Shown piece after piece: positions 18,045 to 30,222 of a stretch of DNA of 64,000 nt. The notes under the pieces are model-generated. The model ran no database searches and was not told where the DNA came from. It saw only the letters and a program-made list of their open reading frames with translations. The position numbers and the translations under genes were made by a program. The stretch is from positions 7,482,683 through 7,546,682 of the forward strand of contig CM119267.1 of assembly GCA_051294375.1 (NCBI GenBank), given 5' to 3'. Each line of letters starts with the position of its first letter. The stretch's first letter is position 1. Source of the DNA: Paraspadella gotoi. Lineage: Eukaryota > Animalia > Chaetognatha.

Positions 18045-20445
18045 TCATCGGGGCATCCGTCCGTAACGAGAAGAATGCATCGAAGCTCCGCCGTAACCTG
18101 CAAATATGAAACATTAAAGATTAATCAGATCGAAATAAGCCCCGGCCTATCCGAGATTGCTTTTCGTGTATGATATATATATGATATATATATTAAATGA
18201 GATTCCCACGAAAAAAAATGAAGAGAACTTTATTACAAACTTGAGACCAATTCTCCCCACCAGTAAAAAAAAAGTTGGTAAGTTCCGCCTCACCTATTTC
18301 GTATCCCGCACCATAAGGAGACCGACGACGCGAGTGACCCATGGGACTCCGACTGCGAGGTCGTCCGTTCGACTGTCCTGCAATTTTGTTTAAGGGATAA
18401 TCATAGATAACTAGGGTGAAAGAGGCTCATTCTCTCTGATGGGACAACAAAGGAAAATCAAAATGTGCGTGTCTCTGTCTGTCTGTGTCTGTCTTTCTCC
18501 ATCTATCACACACACACACATGATGGAGACAATATCATGGACAATCTCAAAGACTCTAAACTTACCGATGCATGTTATTATTAAACATTGTCTATTTGAT
18601 TCATGTCTCTTTATATTATTGTTTTCCCTTTCAGCCCTGTGAGCATCAACAATCACCCTCTAACACACACACACGGATATACATATATTTACATATATAC
18701 ATATGATATGTGTACGTGACTGTGTAACTCTTTACCTGAGCATTCCTTTGCCCAGTGACCGTAGCCTCCGCACTTATGACAAGCGTCCTTCCTGTCATTC
18801 GGACAAAATTTGGCGATGTGACCGGGGGCTCCACAAGAATGACATCCGTCGGGATCGTTGTGTCTCTCCGAAGTCGAGTATTGAACTTTAATCTTGGAAT
18901 CGCCGAGGTTGCTGCGATCGAGAGCGGACACCGCGCGGCTCGCGGAGTCTGCGACAGAGACGAAGGGAAATAAGAGTTCGATCCACGCATCGTAATTCTT
19001 TCAGTCAGCGGCAAATATAAAATATCCCCATCCACATCTCACTAGGATCGTCGTAAGTGATGAAAGCAAATTTCCTGACGGACTTAAACTCGACGATGTT
19101 TCCGAATCGAGCGAAGGTGGTGAGTAGTTCTTCCGGATCTTGATCTTCCTGTAAGTTTCCCACGAAAATCTTTCCACCTAGGTGGGGAAAAAAAGATTAG
19201 TAAATAATCGCTTTGCTTCCTTTCTATTCTTCTTCGTCGCCTCACCCTTTTTAATCTCCGCCAATTGCACGCGGAGTGTTTTCCCTTCGACCTGCTTCTT
19301 GGCGAGACCAGTCAGAGCTGCTTTGCACGATTCCGCGTCCATAAAATGGGCAAACGCAAAGTTTCCCTAAATTTTTTTCCACAAAGCATATTTGTATTAG
19401 GATCAATCAACTGTGATCTTCACAAAACTATTTTTTTTCACAAACGTTCCGCCGCTTATCGAAATCTTCATTACCTTGACGTCGATTTTCTTCACTTCGC
19501 CAAAAGGTTCGCAGATCTGACGAACTTCATCCTCGCTGGTGCCGTCGGTCAAGTTACCAATGAAGAGGCGAACGTGGCCCACCTTTGGGTGGTCGAATCC
19601 ATCCACCGCTGGAGATCAAGGGAAAATTACAAATCTCAATTGCTCTTACTTCCGATTCTCGGACAAAGTTCATGTCGGGATGAGCTCACCACCGTCGCCG
19701 ACTGAACCCTCGCTCTTGATCTGTATGCCGCTCGATCGAGCGCCTTTCTTCCTGACCACTTCACCGTTGGGACCCTGCACCTCCAGCTGAATTTTCCTGC
19801 CGTCGATCTCGTAGCCCTTCATCTCGGCGATTGCGGAGTCGACCGAGGATTCTTGTTTGAACTGAAGGAGGCCAAAGCGTCAAGGATTTAGCCGCTTTTG
19901 GTTTAACTTTTAACTTACCTTGATGAAACCGTAGCCCCACATGTAGACGCACTCGATTATGGCGCCGAAGGAATCGAAGAGCTCACGGAGTTTATCTTCA
20001 GAGTAATCAGTCTGTAAATTATAAAACCTCTTCTGATTAGAACTTTAAGACGAAGATAAAGAAAGCCAATATATCCAACTCACGGGCGGTAAATTCTTGA
20101 CGACGAGCCTTGAGACGGGCTCTTTCCTCCCGGGAAAGTCGATCTTGATCGTCTTGCCCTTTTCCACTTCGTGGGCGGACATCTTGCGAAAAGCCGCCTC
20201 CGCCTCTTCGGAGTCACTGAATTCCACGAATCCGATTCCCCATTTGCAGTCGCACTCTTGGATGTTGCCGAAAGAGCCGAATAGGTCGTACAGCTCGTCC
20301 GACGAATATTCGGACTGTCGGGGGAGGAGGGAAAAAAATATGAGTATGATACGAAGCAGGTTGTCTTAGTTTCGAAATAGTATAATTTTAGTATACTTAC
20401 CGGCAGGTTAGATATGATTAGCTTGGCTGAGTCTTCTTCGCCCAT
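18045..20445 (-). CDS. RNA-binding protein with 4 RRMs, 2 CCHC zinc knuckles and a short RS tail (RBM4/Lark-like)
   Basis: Four RNP2/RNP1 pairs (LIISNL/GIGFVEF, LVVKNL/GYGFIKF, LFIGNL/NFAFAHF, IFVGNL/KFAFITY), knuckles CHSCGAPGHIAKFC and CHKCGGYGHWAKEC, then RPRSRSPMGHSRRRSP. TGA at 18045-18047. Confidence 0.8.
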
Positions 20446-21263
20446 TGCTTTCTCGGAGTTTTATCGAGGACAGAAGATAGGGAAATAGAGAGCGGAAAAA
20501 AAAGGAGATCGAGCGAGGGAGAGTGAGAAAGCGGAAGTCGCTTGAATGCGGCAGAGATATTCCTGTGGTCGTCGACTCAAAAGCTAAAAATCGCAGTGAA
20601 AAGAAAGCAAAGGGTCAAAAGGCTTTACCTCGACAGCTTCCTCCCGCAGTTATCTAGGTAAGTTTAGACTTCACACAACTCGCGTCTAGTACAAGATGTT
20701 AATCGTGTAAAGATCTATTGGTTGCCGGAAGAGTCCCACAAAGACAGGTCTAACAGGAGAATAGTTTGCCCAAAAAGATGGCGAGACTTACCGACTTTGG
20801 CATCAAGGTTTACTTTAAGGTTTAATTTTAAACTGTAGAAACGGCGAGCATAACCGAGAGATCAACCAAATGTGACGTTTTAAAAGCCAGATTAACAGAT
20901 TGTCGATACTACCTAGGCTTAATATTCCTGGTAAAGGGGCGCATCAGCACAAAGCAAGACAGTTTTAAGGGATTTTTTTTTGCAACAGGATGAAGTATAA
21001 TTTTTTAATAAAATATAAACTTAATTTTTATCGGAGCAGTTGCCGAGTATGACTCTGATTTCGTTTTGGGTTCATTGATTCAAGGGTAATAAAAGATATT
21101 TTCACACAGTAAGATCAAATCGTATAGGCCGCGGACGTCAGTGAGTGGGAACAGAGGTCCAAAGAAATTCCAAGACGTCGGGGGTAAGGAGACTCTGAAA
21201 GCTTTAAGATCCGTCCTGACGAGACAGAGCGAGAGAGAGAAAAAACATCGAGAGAACGTTTTT

Positions 21264-22365
21264 TCATCTGACGTGGATGGATCGGTTGAAAGAGATGGCG
21301 TCGATGTGCGAATATAGTTTGGTTACGGCCGATTTGGTAGCCGTGTCCTCGTCGTGGAGGGTTTCCACGTGGTCAAAGTTAAAGAGGAGAGTGCCCTTTC
21401 TGACCCCGAGAATCCGTTCGACTTTTCGTCGCGAAGATCCTGATAGAACGACGAGGCCCAAGCCTGTTACGTCTTTTGGGCGGAAGACGAATGAGCGCTT
21501 GGGTCCCAAAAGGGGCGCGCTCACGGCCTATTTCAAAAGCGGGGAAAGAAAGAAAAAGTATATTTTTAATGAGATATTTAATCATATCATATTTCCTATC
21601 AATCGTTTTAAATTTTCATACCTTTTAACTGATAACACAAATTAGAAAAAATAAAAAATAAAAAAGCCCCTAAAAAAATTGCTTCACCAAGAAATCCTGG
21701 GTGTCGCGGCGAAGATAGAGGTCCGTGATCGGTCTGTAGAGGACACTTGGCGCCAACCTTAAATAGGCCAGAGTCCGACGAAATCCGAGGCCGATAAAGA
21801 CCGAGATCAACGTAATCGCAGCGATTGTCAACGGAAATGCTATCAGACATTCGAGATAAGTTTGGAAACTTATAGCACCTGAATCAAGAAGGCTTTTGGT
21901 GATATGTCGGATGTGTGATATGTGCGATATGATATGTGTGATATATGTGTGATATGTCCACAACCTAAAGATAAACCTGTGATCCAAGTAGTTGGTAAAA
22001 CGATTAACGACCACATCACGCACTTTGCTCCGGTATTGGTGAATGCGGCGGCTCTTCTGGTGATGGCGTTGGGACACGAGTAAAGAAGCAAATGTCGCGA
22101 TCCCGAAGCAGCGTTTGCGGGCGCTGCACCGCTGCCGTCAAGCACAGGATAATTTTCATGTTTACTTTGTTCGTCGACGACGCGAAATTATTTAATCGGC
22201 TTCCTACCTAATGCCTCTGATTTCGAGGCGTCTCCCGTCGACGCGATTCGATAAACGATTGAGTTTTTTCGACGTCGATGTTTGATTTTTCACGACTCGT
22301 TTAGCTTCGCGCTGCACCGTCGCCGCGTATCGGTGCAGCGCGTTAGTTAAAAACAATATTTTCAT
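21264..22365 (-). CDS. Two-transmembrane protein with a basic N-terminus, possibly mitochondrial (TMEM70/TMEM186/TMEM223-like)
   Basis: Four exons join in frame through GT-AG introns (the first is 43 nt): MKILFLTNALHRYAATVQREAKRVV...LLLYSCPN, hydrophobic VMWSLIVLPTTWITGLSLG and LIAFPLTIAAITLISVFIGLGF, then RRTLAYLRL...RSFVFRPKDV. The family call rests on topology only. Confidence 0.6.
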
Positions 22366-22461
22366 TTTAAACTATACCTAGAAAAAAATTGGTGGAAAAA
22401 AAAAATTCAAATTTCAACTTTAAGAAAAAAGTTTCATGGAAGCTTCTTAAAATTCTTTCAT

Positions 22462-22942
22462 TTAAACTTTGACGGCGAATTTTCTCTTGGGCCAAATCCT
22501 CGATTTGCGCTGATCCTTGTGGCTTTTAATGTTGAGCTCGGACTTCGTAAGGGCGCGCCGTTTAGCCCGCGTCAGCTTCTTTCGCAGATCCAACGGTTTG
22601 TTCTTCTTGTTCTTGTAAAACTTGCGCAGCTCGGCTTTCTGCTTCTGGTTGGTGACGGTCAACACGCGGGCGATCGACTTGCGAACGACGCGGATCTTGG
22701 AGAGTTTGCTCGGGGCGCCGCCTGAGAAAGTAAAAAAGATTTTAATATTATACAGATGAAAAAATTTTAATTAACACCATAGTTAACTAGTTTTGTTTCA
22801 AATATGACGTTAAGAATAAAATTTGGTTACCCGTGACTTTCGCGACCCTCAACGACGCAAGTTCTTGCTTCAATTCGTCCAACTGCTTCAACAAATCCTC
22901 CTTCTTCTTTCCCCTCAATTCGTGAGCTTTGACCTTCGCCAT
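22462..22942 (-). CDS. RPL35: 60S ribosomal protein L35 (uL29)
   Basis: [38 protein letters not shown]|[22 protein letters not shown]...[18 protein letters not shown]; one intron. Confidence 0.98.
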
Positions 22943-23065
22943 TTGTATGTTAAAATTTGTATCTTAAACTGGTAAAAAAACAACAGTTTTTTTTTAAAAA
23001 ATTCGTAAACAAACAACAAATAAAAGGTGTATAGCGTTTTATAAGGCAACCATTGTAAAATTATT

Positions 23066-26000
23066 TTAAGAATCGAGGACGGAAAGAATTTTTCTCAAGT
23101 ATTCCTCGTGTCTAACGACATCAAAATCCTCTTCCTCTTCCTCATCTCCCGACGTCCTTCTCATTTTGTAAAGCGTCTCTCGCGCCCTCTCTCGAAAGTC
23201 TGTGCCCTTGACGAGTACGGCGTTCTTGTGCGAGCCCGTGGCCAGCGTCCATAGCACGGCGCAGAAAATGAGCGACGTCTTTCTGGCGACGGGATCGAGT
23301 TCGAGTCTCGTGGCGGCGGCGACGGCGATAGGCAGCAGCCGGCGCGGCAGTGTCAGCAGGGTGGCATTTTTCGAAGAAAAGGAGAGATTGTGAATCACGA
23401 GCGCCGCCTTTTGACGCAATGACCGCGAGGCCGGCGTGGATTCGGGAAGTGAAAAAAACTCGAAGAGAGAGTCGACGCACGCCGTCTGTTGGAGCACCAT
23501 CGCTTGACCCTCAGGATCCAAGGTCAGGTTACAAATAAAGTCCAGCCAAGATGAATTGACTCGGAATCGGCTCGTTGCCTTCTTCGAGGTCAACCGCGCA
23601 AAGTGAGAAACAAAATTTGTCTTTTTGATGACCCCGCGAAACTCGGGAGAGACGGAGGCCATTTTACCTAAAACGACAAAGCAAAGTCGATGATCGGCGG
23701 AATTAGAATCTAATTCCTTTAGTCTAGATGCGTAAGTGAGCAAGGACTGAGCCAAAGAAGTAGTCGGCGGAAACGACACGCGGTTGGAGTCGTTCGAACA
23801 AAGAGATGCTCCGACCAACGTGCTGCGATTGTTGACGATGCAGCGAGCGATCCCTGCCGGATTGTCCGACGCGAAGGCACCGAGAATTCCGAAAAATGCT
23901 TCGTTTAGCCCCGAGTCGATCGACCGCCACGACCAAAGAGACTGTAACATGGCAGACATCTCCGACGACTGTCCGACGTTCTTCGCTTCGGCGCACTCGA
24001 TAAAAAGGTTTTGCAATATGCGCGAGTTTGACAAGAGTTGACACTTGACGCAATCTGAATCTGGCACGGAGCCGTCGGTCGAATGAGCGCCGTTCAAGCT
24101 GTCGACGACCAGGGCGTCGAGGAGACGGTTGGAGTTGTGGATGAGGGATTCGACAAGGCCGAAGTCGATCGCCGCGGATTTGGCGGTGGAGCTGACGGCA
24201 ACGAGGGTTTTGAGGAGATGGCCGGAAAAAGTTTGCAAAGGATTCGCTTTGAGAGGATGATCGAGGAGAGTAGGAATATAGTAAGCATACGTGACCTTTA
24301 GCATCTCGGCGCCGAAAGCTTCCTCAGTCTCCGAACCATAGGGAAGGTCCAACAAGCTGTCGAGTACTTCCAAGCATCTATTGTCTTTACCCATGCAAGT
24401 AAGGAGAGTAGCCCAGAAAGAGAAAAATTGAGTCTGGCGACCACGATCGAGTTTCGCTAAATTCGCAACGAAAAAGTGACACATTGAGTCTCTACTTTTG
24501 AGCAAATCCACAGCGACGACGTAAACTCCGAACATTTGGGAGCGAGAGAGAACGACAATTAACTTCGAGAGAAACGTTAGTAGAGAATCTAAAGTATCGA
24601 GCATGGATGGATGAAATAGGGAGAAACTTTTCTCCAAAAATCCCGAGTTTATCAATTCGCCAAGAAAATTTTTCAGTTCATCGTCCTCCGTAGATGATAG
24701 AAGGCAGTTCAAACAGTTAACGATAGAGTCATACAATTTAGGTAACTCTGTCAATGCTGATCGAAAGAGGCTTTCATCCACGAAAGTCCTTAGAAGACAA
24801 CCTAAAAAGATCTTTTTATCTGATTGATCTAAGGTCAAAAGCTTTTCTTCGTAAATGAAATAGAAGAGGTGACATTTGTATCGATATATGTCCAAGGTTT
24901 TCCTGAGACGTCGGGTCGTTAACAGTTGAAAACTTCTTTCGAAAGATTGAGAAAATAAAGAGCCATCCATGAGGCTGCGGATAGAGCCTCCCGTCAACAA
25001 CGGCATCATAAGCATCAAGCTTTTTAAATTTTCGACGACGACGGTCTCGTCGACTTCCCAGTCGTCCAGCGCAAGATGAAGGACGATTGGGACAAAGTCG
25101 GGACTTTTATGCAGAAGAACAGAAGCCGAGGGTCGAAAGGATAAAATTTGACGAAGAAAGAAGGACATTTTCTCCAGAATCGTTGTCTGACCAGAAAATA
25201 AGATAAGTATCCATCGCCAGTGACTGTCGTCGTCAAAAATGATCTCCGTCCAGAATTCATGGGCTTCTTCCTCTTGAAGATGGTGGTTTAACCAGCAAGC
25301 GGCGACAGAAAGGGCACGAAGGCAGCTTCCGGCAAAGAATAGTCCCGAACGAGAATCTTTGGACTCCTGCGAGTTCGTTGCGCGGCAAAGTATATTTCTT
25401 AGATAGAGACAGAGACGCTTGAGAGCTTCAGCCCTTTCGGGTTCAAAGTCGAAAAAACGTTTCACGATCGTCTGTGCGGCAAACTCCGTTGTCGCTGTCA
25501 ATAGAGGTATCAGGGAAGAGTCGTTGGTGTCCAAACCTGACCCCAACCAATTGACAACGCCCAACAATAGGTCGAAGGAAGGCGTGAAAATGATAAACTC
25601 CAGTAGACAACGGAGAAATCGAGGGGAGACTCGACTTTTCAAACTATTACAGACGAACTGGCAAAACGTCGTAGAAGAAATCGCGGTCGTGACCCAAGGA
25701 ATCTCATCCACATCCTGTAGTCGTAGGCTCAGCGACTCGAGAATAGAAATGGCAAGAATTTCATCCGCTTCGGAGCAAGGAACTGCGCGGAAAAATCTCT
25801 CCAAATCTTCTCCCGCTCGCTCAATCGCTCCAGAATATCGCAGGCGGGGAAGGGCGAGAAAGGTGACGGTTAGAGCCACATCCTCGTGACAAGAAGCGTC
25901 TTTGAGCCGACGCAATAGGGCCGAAATGAATTTATCGACGTCCATCTTCTGAGCGATCAGCTTTTCCGCTTCGGTGTAACTAAGAGGACCAACCTCTTCG

Positions 26001-29000
26001 CTAATTGACGACAAAACGTTCCAACTATGCTTGACTAAGGTCACGGTTCCGTCCTCGTCGAGTCGCCTATTGACGTCTTCCAAATCCAATCTTCGATAAA
26101 TGCTTTTTGCAACGAAGCGCGCCTCAAAGGGCAAATGGAATACGAAACTGAGTTGCACGGGATACTTGGGCCAAAGATCGATGGAAGAAGTCTCAGCTTG
26201 TGAATCATTCTCTAAATCAGAAAAGGCGTAACAAGCTAAGACAACGGAAATGCTGGCAACGACCGAGGAGTTTTCCCTGTATTTGACAGCCAATCTGCAG
26301 AGAGTTTCAACCAATTCCCAGGCTGATTGACTTTTTGAAGTCTTCGTTGGCCATCGTGCGCCATCGCGAAGTCGCATTCGCATCGACTTCCTGGACATCG
26401 TGAGCGCGAAGAGACGCAGAGCGTTGGGAATAACGTCGTCGATGGAAAGTGGCGGAGCGGCGGCGTTATCTACTGCGGCGACATCAGCGAGAACCGAAGC
26501 AAGGATGGCATCATCGGTGATGAGCGAGTCAGAAACTGGTCCTCCCGAAATAATTGCTTGGCAAATCGCCGCGGCAGCTGTGGCGCGAACGTCTGGCGCA
26601 GCCGCAGTGTTAAGGAAAATAGTCTTCACTCTACCGAGGGAGTCTTTGTCGCCGCCAAAAGTTTCGCTTCTCGCAGCAGCGATATCGAAATCCCCGAGTT
26701 GAACGAAGGCGTCGGCAAACGTCTCCAGCTCCACAACCGTCGCAATCCTTAAAAACGACTTCCCGATCTCTGTGACGGATAAAAATCTCCGAATTCCTTC
26801 ATTGCGAAGAGTTTTGTTCTTGGAAAACAAAAGAGCGATAGTCGACTTTAATGCCGAAACGACGGAACAATGCCTAAAATCTAGGAGAGAAACCATCGTC
26901 CTCGAGAATAAGTGCCGGCTGCTTGAAATTCCGATGGCGAAAGGAAGAAGAGAAATCAACTTGTCACGAATCAAATCGTTGAGAAACTGAGACTCGTAGA
27001 GATCTCGACGATCGACGATGAGCGTCAGGATCGTTTCTGCAGCGACGCTGGTGATTGAGTCCGTCATTCCGCCGACAATGATTTCCCGAAGAACGTCTTC
27101 GTCGTCGAGGAGTTTTAACTTTTCCGCGGGATCGAAAGAAGGATTTTCGGCGGCAACGCGAGCGTTTAAAGCTTCTGCAACGACTTGAGAAAGAGCTTCG
27201 TACATCGCCGTCCTAACTGATGTAATCGGATGCGCTAAAAGGCCAAGAAAATCCAGACGATGACGGGAAAACGAAGAGGAAAATATATCCAAAAGACAAG
27301 GCAAAACTTTAACGCGATGCGTGTAGGCTAAATACAGAACAAAGTCGACGGTTTCATCGTCTGCATCCGAATCTTTCAATCGATGATGAGTATTTTCCAA
27401 CTTCGCGCAAACGTCCAAAGCGTGAACGACGTTCCGAAATTCAATCGGCGACGAACGAGACAAAAGCGGAAGCATCATGGTTGAACGGACATTGGCAAAT
27501 GAGTCGTTAAAAAAGGGATCGCGGGCGAGGAGGCAGAGAGCGTTAACGCAGGAAAGCGGAAGTTCGTCTGGAGAGACGGCGAGATCCGTCTCCACTGGCT
27601 TGACGAACAAGTTGAGGAGAGAAGTAAAGAAGAATCCGACATGAACGAAACTCCACAATCGCGAGGCAGAAGGCGGCGTTGTGGTCGTTATATCGCTGAC
27701 CCAAGATAATCGAAGCACCGCGTCGGCTAGTGGAGTCAAGCATCGCGAACCGACGAATGCCAACTCTTCGCGGGTTAATTCGAGAGGCACAGCCGTGCGG
27801 AGGACAGTCGCTGCTTTTTCGAGGATGTGGAAGAGGTCGCGAGCGATGCGAAGAAGTGAAAGATCTTCGCTGTCGTCTTTGCTTAAAAGCGCTGTGGAAC
27901 AAAAATCGTCTTCTCGGGGTCGAAGCGAGTTCGCCAGGCAATGGGAGGCAAATTCAATCAATATGGCGGCGGCGAGAGAAGCGTTGTAGTTTGTACGGGT
28001 TTCTTTGACAACGTTGTATTCATTCCTCTCTGCTATAAGATCGTAAGTCCTGGCTTCCATCTCAACAAGGTCGTCTACCCGGACCATTAGACATTTGGCT
28101 AACTCTTCCACAACGCCAAGAATCCGTTCCATGACGGCCAGATCGCGGCGAGGACTTCCGGTGAGAGAGTTCAACGCACCGAAAATGTCGCAGGATTCCC
28201 TCAGCAAATATTCGATTGGAAAGTCTTTCAGCAAGACATCATTGACGATGTTCAACGCGTCCATCATCCCATCGTTGTTATCGCTCTTGAACAAAGCAAA
28301 CGAGGACCGCAACAACTCTTCATCAACGGGGGATATCCTCTTGGCCGGAGGCAAAATCGAAAACGAGACCAGGATCGGTGCGGGATCATCGATGCTCCCG
28401 TCAACCAGCGAAGAAATTGCAGAACACCGCTGCGGCGAAGCGTCTTTCACTCCGGAGACGAAGACTCCGTCTGAGGAAGAAAGAGTCGCTTCTTTGCCTA
28501 AATTTGGGTCGGTTTCGTGAGGAAGGTAGAGACAAGCTGATGAGCCTCGACATTGAGGGACTTTCATGATGATATTTTGCAGGATTAAGTCGACAGTTTG
28601 AGAACTGGAGGCATCGATATCCATCCGAAGTTCTGAAAAAAAATAGCTCATGGTAACACAGATAAAGAAGCCTTTTCAAAATTCAGATCTGATCTAAACT
28701 CACCGGTTAAGAAATCGATGGCCCCGATTGAAGCCAGAGTCTCACACCCCTGGTCTTCTTTGGACAAACGGAACAATAGATTCAAGGCTTGAGAACGCAT
28801 TCCGGTGGGTGGAAAGTTGAACCACTGGATGGTAAAGTTTAAAATATTTTTTTTATCTACATTAAGAAAATTCGTTAATTTCCTTAATCTTTATTATCAA
28901 TAACAACCTCGTTCGTGGACTATTTATATTTTTGGCGCAGCGTTTCTGAGATTTTATAAGTAATCAATTTATCATTTGAAATTCCAAAATTGCGAAAAAG

Positions 29001-29193
29001 ATACCCCAATTCCATCCACGTTACGTCCAAACGTACATACTTGTAGTAAAGCCTTCCCGAGCTCCACCTTGGTGCTCAGTTCCGCGACGGTAAGAAAGCC
29101 CAAGTCAAGTTTTTGCAATAACGTGGTCAAAGCTCTCTCTCGAATTTCAACCACAGGATGAGAGAGTTTTTTCCAAAGGTTCCCAGTCGACAT
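23066..29193 (-). CDS. RTTN: Rotatin (centriolar ARM/HEAT-repeat protein)
   Basis: N-terminus LWKKLSHPVVEIRERAL...LLQWFNFP (RTTN_N-like), DVLLKDFPIEYLL, and ARM-like helical repeats. Two short 5' exons plus a terminal exon of about 5.57 kb (28633-23066). Confidence 0.85.
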
Positions 29194-29623
29194 TTTCGAT
29201 TCCCGGATCCTTCGGCCACTGAAAAGCAGAGTAGTAAATGTAGTCAAGCAGAAACAGTTTCTCAAGACTATTATATTATATAATTTTTCTATAAACTACG
29301 TAGACGTAATACAACGCCGCAATATATAACGATAAAAAACCCAAACAAATTTAAAAACGATTAGGATGAGGCACGGAAATGAATCACACGGCTTTGAATT
29401 TTTTTTAGCGAAAACGTTTTATAAAACCACATCGATGGTGGGTAAAAAGCGAAAACCCCATTACGTTTCTTTAAATTTCAATTGAAATTTTGTTAACACA
29501 GTATAAATGTTAAAAAGATTAATCGGACAGAGAATTAGCACATAAATACGTTAGCAGAAATTAAATTCACGTTAAAACATTAAAAAAGGAATGAAATTTT
29601 TTTTTAAAAAAAGGAAGTGAGCT

Positions 29624-30124
29624 TCAACATTTTTCCGCGAAATGCGGGGGCTGCTGCTTTTTTCCAAAAGTAAGGGCGACCCTGGCGAAAGGCCTCGCCG
29701 TTTTGTCATCCTTGGGTTTTTTTTCTTTCTCTAATCTTTTTCTCTCCTTTTTCTCCCTCTTCCTCGCAGCCTTCTCCTCCTTTTCTTTCCTCTTCTGCTC
29801 CTTTTTCTCGGTTTTACCGAGCACGGTGCCGCCGACCGCTCCGACAGCGGCGGCACCCGCAACCGACGAGCCCGGCGCCATGGTTAGTCCGCGCCGTTCC
29901 ATCATGAGCTGGATGCTGTGATCCTCGGCGCGCTGGCGTCGACGATCCTGCTCCACGGCGTCGACGACACGGTTGCGGTCGTTGACGATGGAGACGAGCT
30001 GCTCGATGAGGCGCGCCTCGCGGACGCGGTCGCGCGCCGTTTTTTTAGCGTCCGGGATGTTACCGAGGACGCGGATCTCTCGCTCCACCTCGCTGTGCTT
30101 ATCTTCTAATTCCTGTGTTAGAGA

Positions 30125-30222
<98 letters not shown>

